The notes beneath the pieces are model-generated. The model searched no databases. It was not told the origin of the DNA and saw nothing but the letters and a program-made list of their open reading frames with translations. A DNA stretch of 32,428 bases from Archangium sp. (lineage in GTDB: Bacteria > Myxococcota > Myxococcia > Myxococcales > Myxococcaceae), in assembly GCA_031367385.1 (NCBI GenBank), contig JANLPS010000423.1, positions 1 to 32,428 of the forward strand. The letters run 5' to 3'. Made by a program: the position numbers and the translations under genes. Positions 31,180 to 32,428 of the stretch are shown here, one piece after another (the first letter of the stretch is position 1; each line of letters starts with the position of its first letter).

Positions 31180-32428
31180 TCAGCCCGCGTCGGGAGGGGC
31201 GGGCGACGCCGGCGTGACGTTCACGTCGACCAGGTCATCACCGCCGAGCCGTTTGGCGACCTCAGTCAGCTGGGCCGGAGTCAGATTCAGCAGGATCTGC
31301 CCACCCTTGGCCGCGCGCTCGAGCAAGACCGGCTCATTGAGCGCCTTGGCGACCTTGAACAACGCCACTGAAATCTCGGGGTCGAAGGGGCTCACGCCGA
31401 GCGCCTCGATGTAGGCGCGCTTGGCCAGGGCCCAGTCTTTTTTTCGCAGGGCGATGCGGCCCAGGTGCACGTTGGTGGCGGCCGAGCCGGGGTGCATGGT
31501 GAGCGAGCCCTCGAGCACCCGCTGGGCGGTGTCGAGCTGTTTGGTCTCGAGCAGGGCCAGCGCGTACTTGTTGCTGATGCTCTCGTAGCGGTTGCCGACC
31601 ACCTTCCACGCGCGCTCGTACTCTTCGGTGGCCGAAGTCATTCGGTTGCGCTCGCGCATCAGCTCACCCAGGTGAGCCCAGCGGCGGGCGTCGGTCTCAC
31701 GCACCTCCGAAAAATCGCCGAAGCTGATTTCACGCTCGGGTTTTTTCTCTTTCTTGGCTGCTTCGCCGGCGAGCTCTTTCTTCTCATTCGACGACTGGGG
31801 GATCAGGTCTTTGGGAAAGGGTTGGCGCTTCAAGTACGCCGTCCACGCGCGCTCGAAGTCGGGCCACTTCTTCTTGGTGACCCGCTCGACCGCGGCCTTG
31901 TCACCCACGCCTTGGGCCATCGCGCTGAGCATTCGCTCGAGGGCATCGGCGCCGTTCTCGGTGTGTATGAGCTGCACCGCGAAGAACACCTCGGCGAACG
32001 CGGTGGCGGCATCTTCAGCGGTCGGCAGCAACGCCATCGAAGGGTGCATCTTCTCGAATGGCACCAGGGTGTTCTTGCGCACGCGGCTGCCGAGCAACGC
32101 CAACGTGAACGGAGTCATCGCGCCGCCCGCTGGGCCACGCCACCGCGACTCGAGGTACTTGGCGAGGCCCTCGTGCATCCAAATCGGTACGGTGTTGCGG
32201 CTCTTCTTCGAGACGACCAGGTGGGTGTACTCGTGGGCCAGGGTGTCGAGCCAGTCGTAGCCATGCACGATGGCCTTGGGGCTGGTGACCATCAGCTTGT
32301 TGAACTTGCAGATGGCGATGGTGCCGGTGGTGCGAATCGCCTCTTTCGAGAGCGTCGAGACCTTCGAGAGCTCTGACGCATCGTTGACGATCTCGACGCG
32401 AATTTTCTCTGGCGGCGCGTAGCCCAGA
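31180..32428 (-). CDS. Peptidase MA-like zinc metalloprotease with C-terminal TPRs (5' end outside the window)
   Basis: HEYTH..PIWMHEGLA gluzincin motif; TPR-like helices; frame stays open to the window edge. Confidence 0.88.
   Translation of the reverse strand, partial: LGYAPPEKIRVEIVNDASELSKVSTLSKEAIRTTGTIAICKFNKLMVTSPKAIVHGYDWLDTLAHEYTHLVVSKKSRNTVPIWMHEGLAKYLESRWRGPAGGAMTPFTLALLGSRVRKNTLVPFEKMHPSMALLPTAEDAATAFAEVFFAVQLIHTENGADALERMLSAMAQGVGDKAAVERVTKKKWPDFERAWTAYLKRQPFPKDLIPQSSNEKKELAGEAAKKEKKPEREISFGDFSEVRETDARRWAHLGELMRERNRMTSATEEYERAWKVVGNRYESISNKYALALLETKQLDTAQRVLEGSLTMHPGSAATNVHLGRIALRKKDWALAKRAYIEALGVSPFDPEISVALFKVAKALNEPVLLERAAKGGQILLNLTPAQLTEVAKRLGGDDLVDVNVTPASPAPPDAG

Overview
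High-GC bacterial DNA with a gene set typical of a myxobacterium (Myxococcota): a SofG/MglA-type GTPase, a TIGR02996 protein, a MYXO-CTERM-like tail and a MopE-like motif lipoprotein. From left to right the window holds: (1) a secreted hypothetical protein, two tandem FKBP PPIases and a GNAT; (2) a sofG-like GTPase coupled to a PocR-type histidine kinase; (3) malQ and a signal-peptide-bearing katG with an OxyR-type box upstream; (4) DUF2256, a vWA-like/FHA-TIGR02996-FHA pair, a thioesterase and elaA; (5) a 1.86-kb insert encoding a lipoprotein with 4-Cys EGF-like repeats and a Gly-rich domain, bracketed by a decayed 271/349-bp direct duplication; (6) a 5'-nucleotidase-fold lipoprotein that has lost its metal ligands, and a JAB peptidase; (7) a cluster of small general-stress genes with four sigma54-like promoters, two of them apparently leaderless; (8) a lone PTS EIIA; (9) a minus-strand peptidase MA/TPR - giant Ig-repeat lipoprotein - moxR - DUF58 - BatA/vWA cluster. 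I found no rRNA, tRNA, CRISPR array, transposase or integrase. All family calls come from reading motifs by eye, not from database searches.
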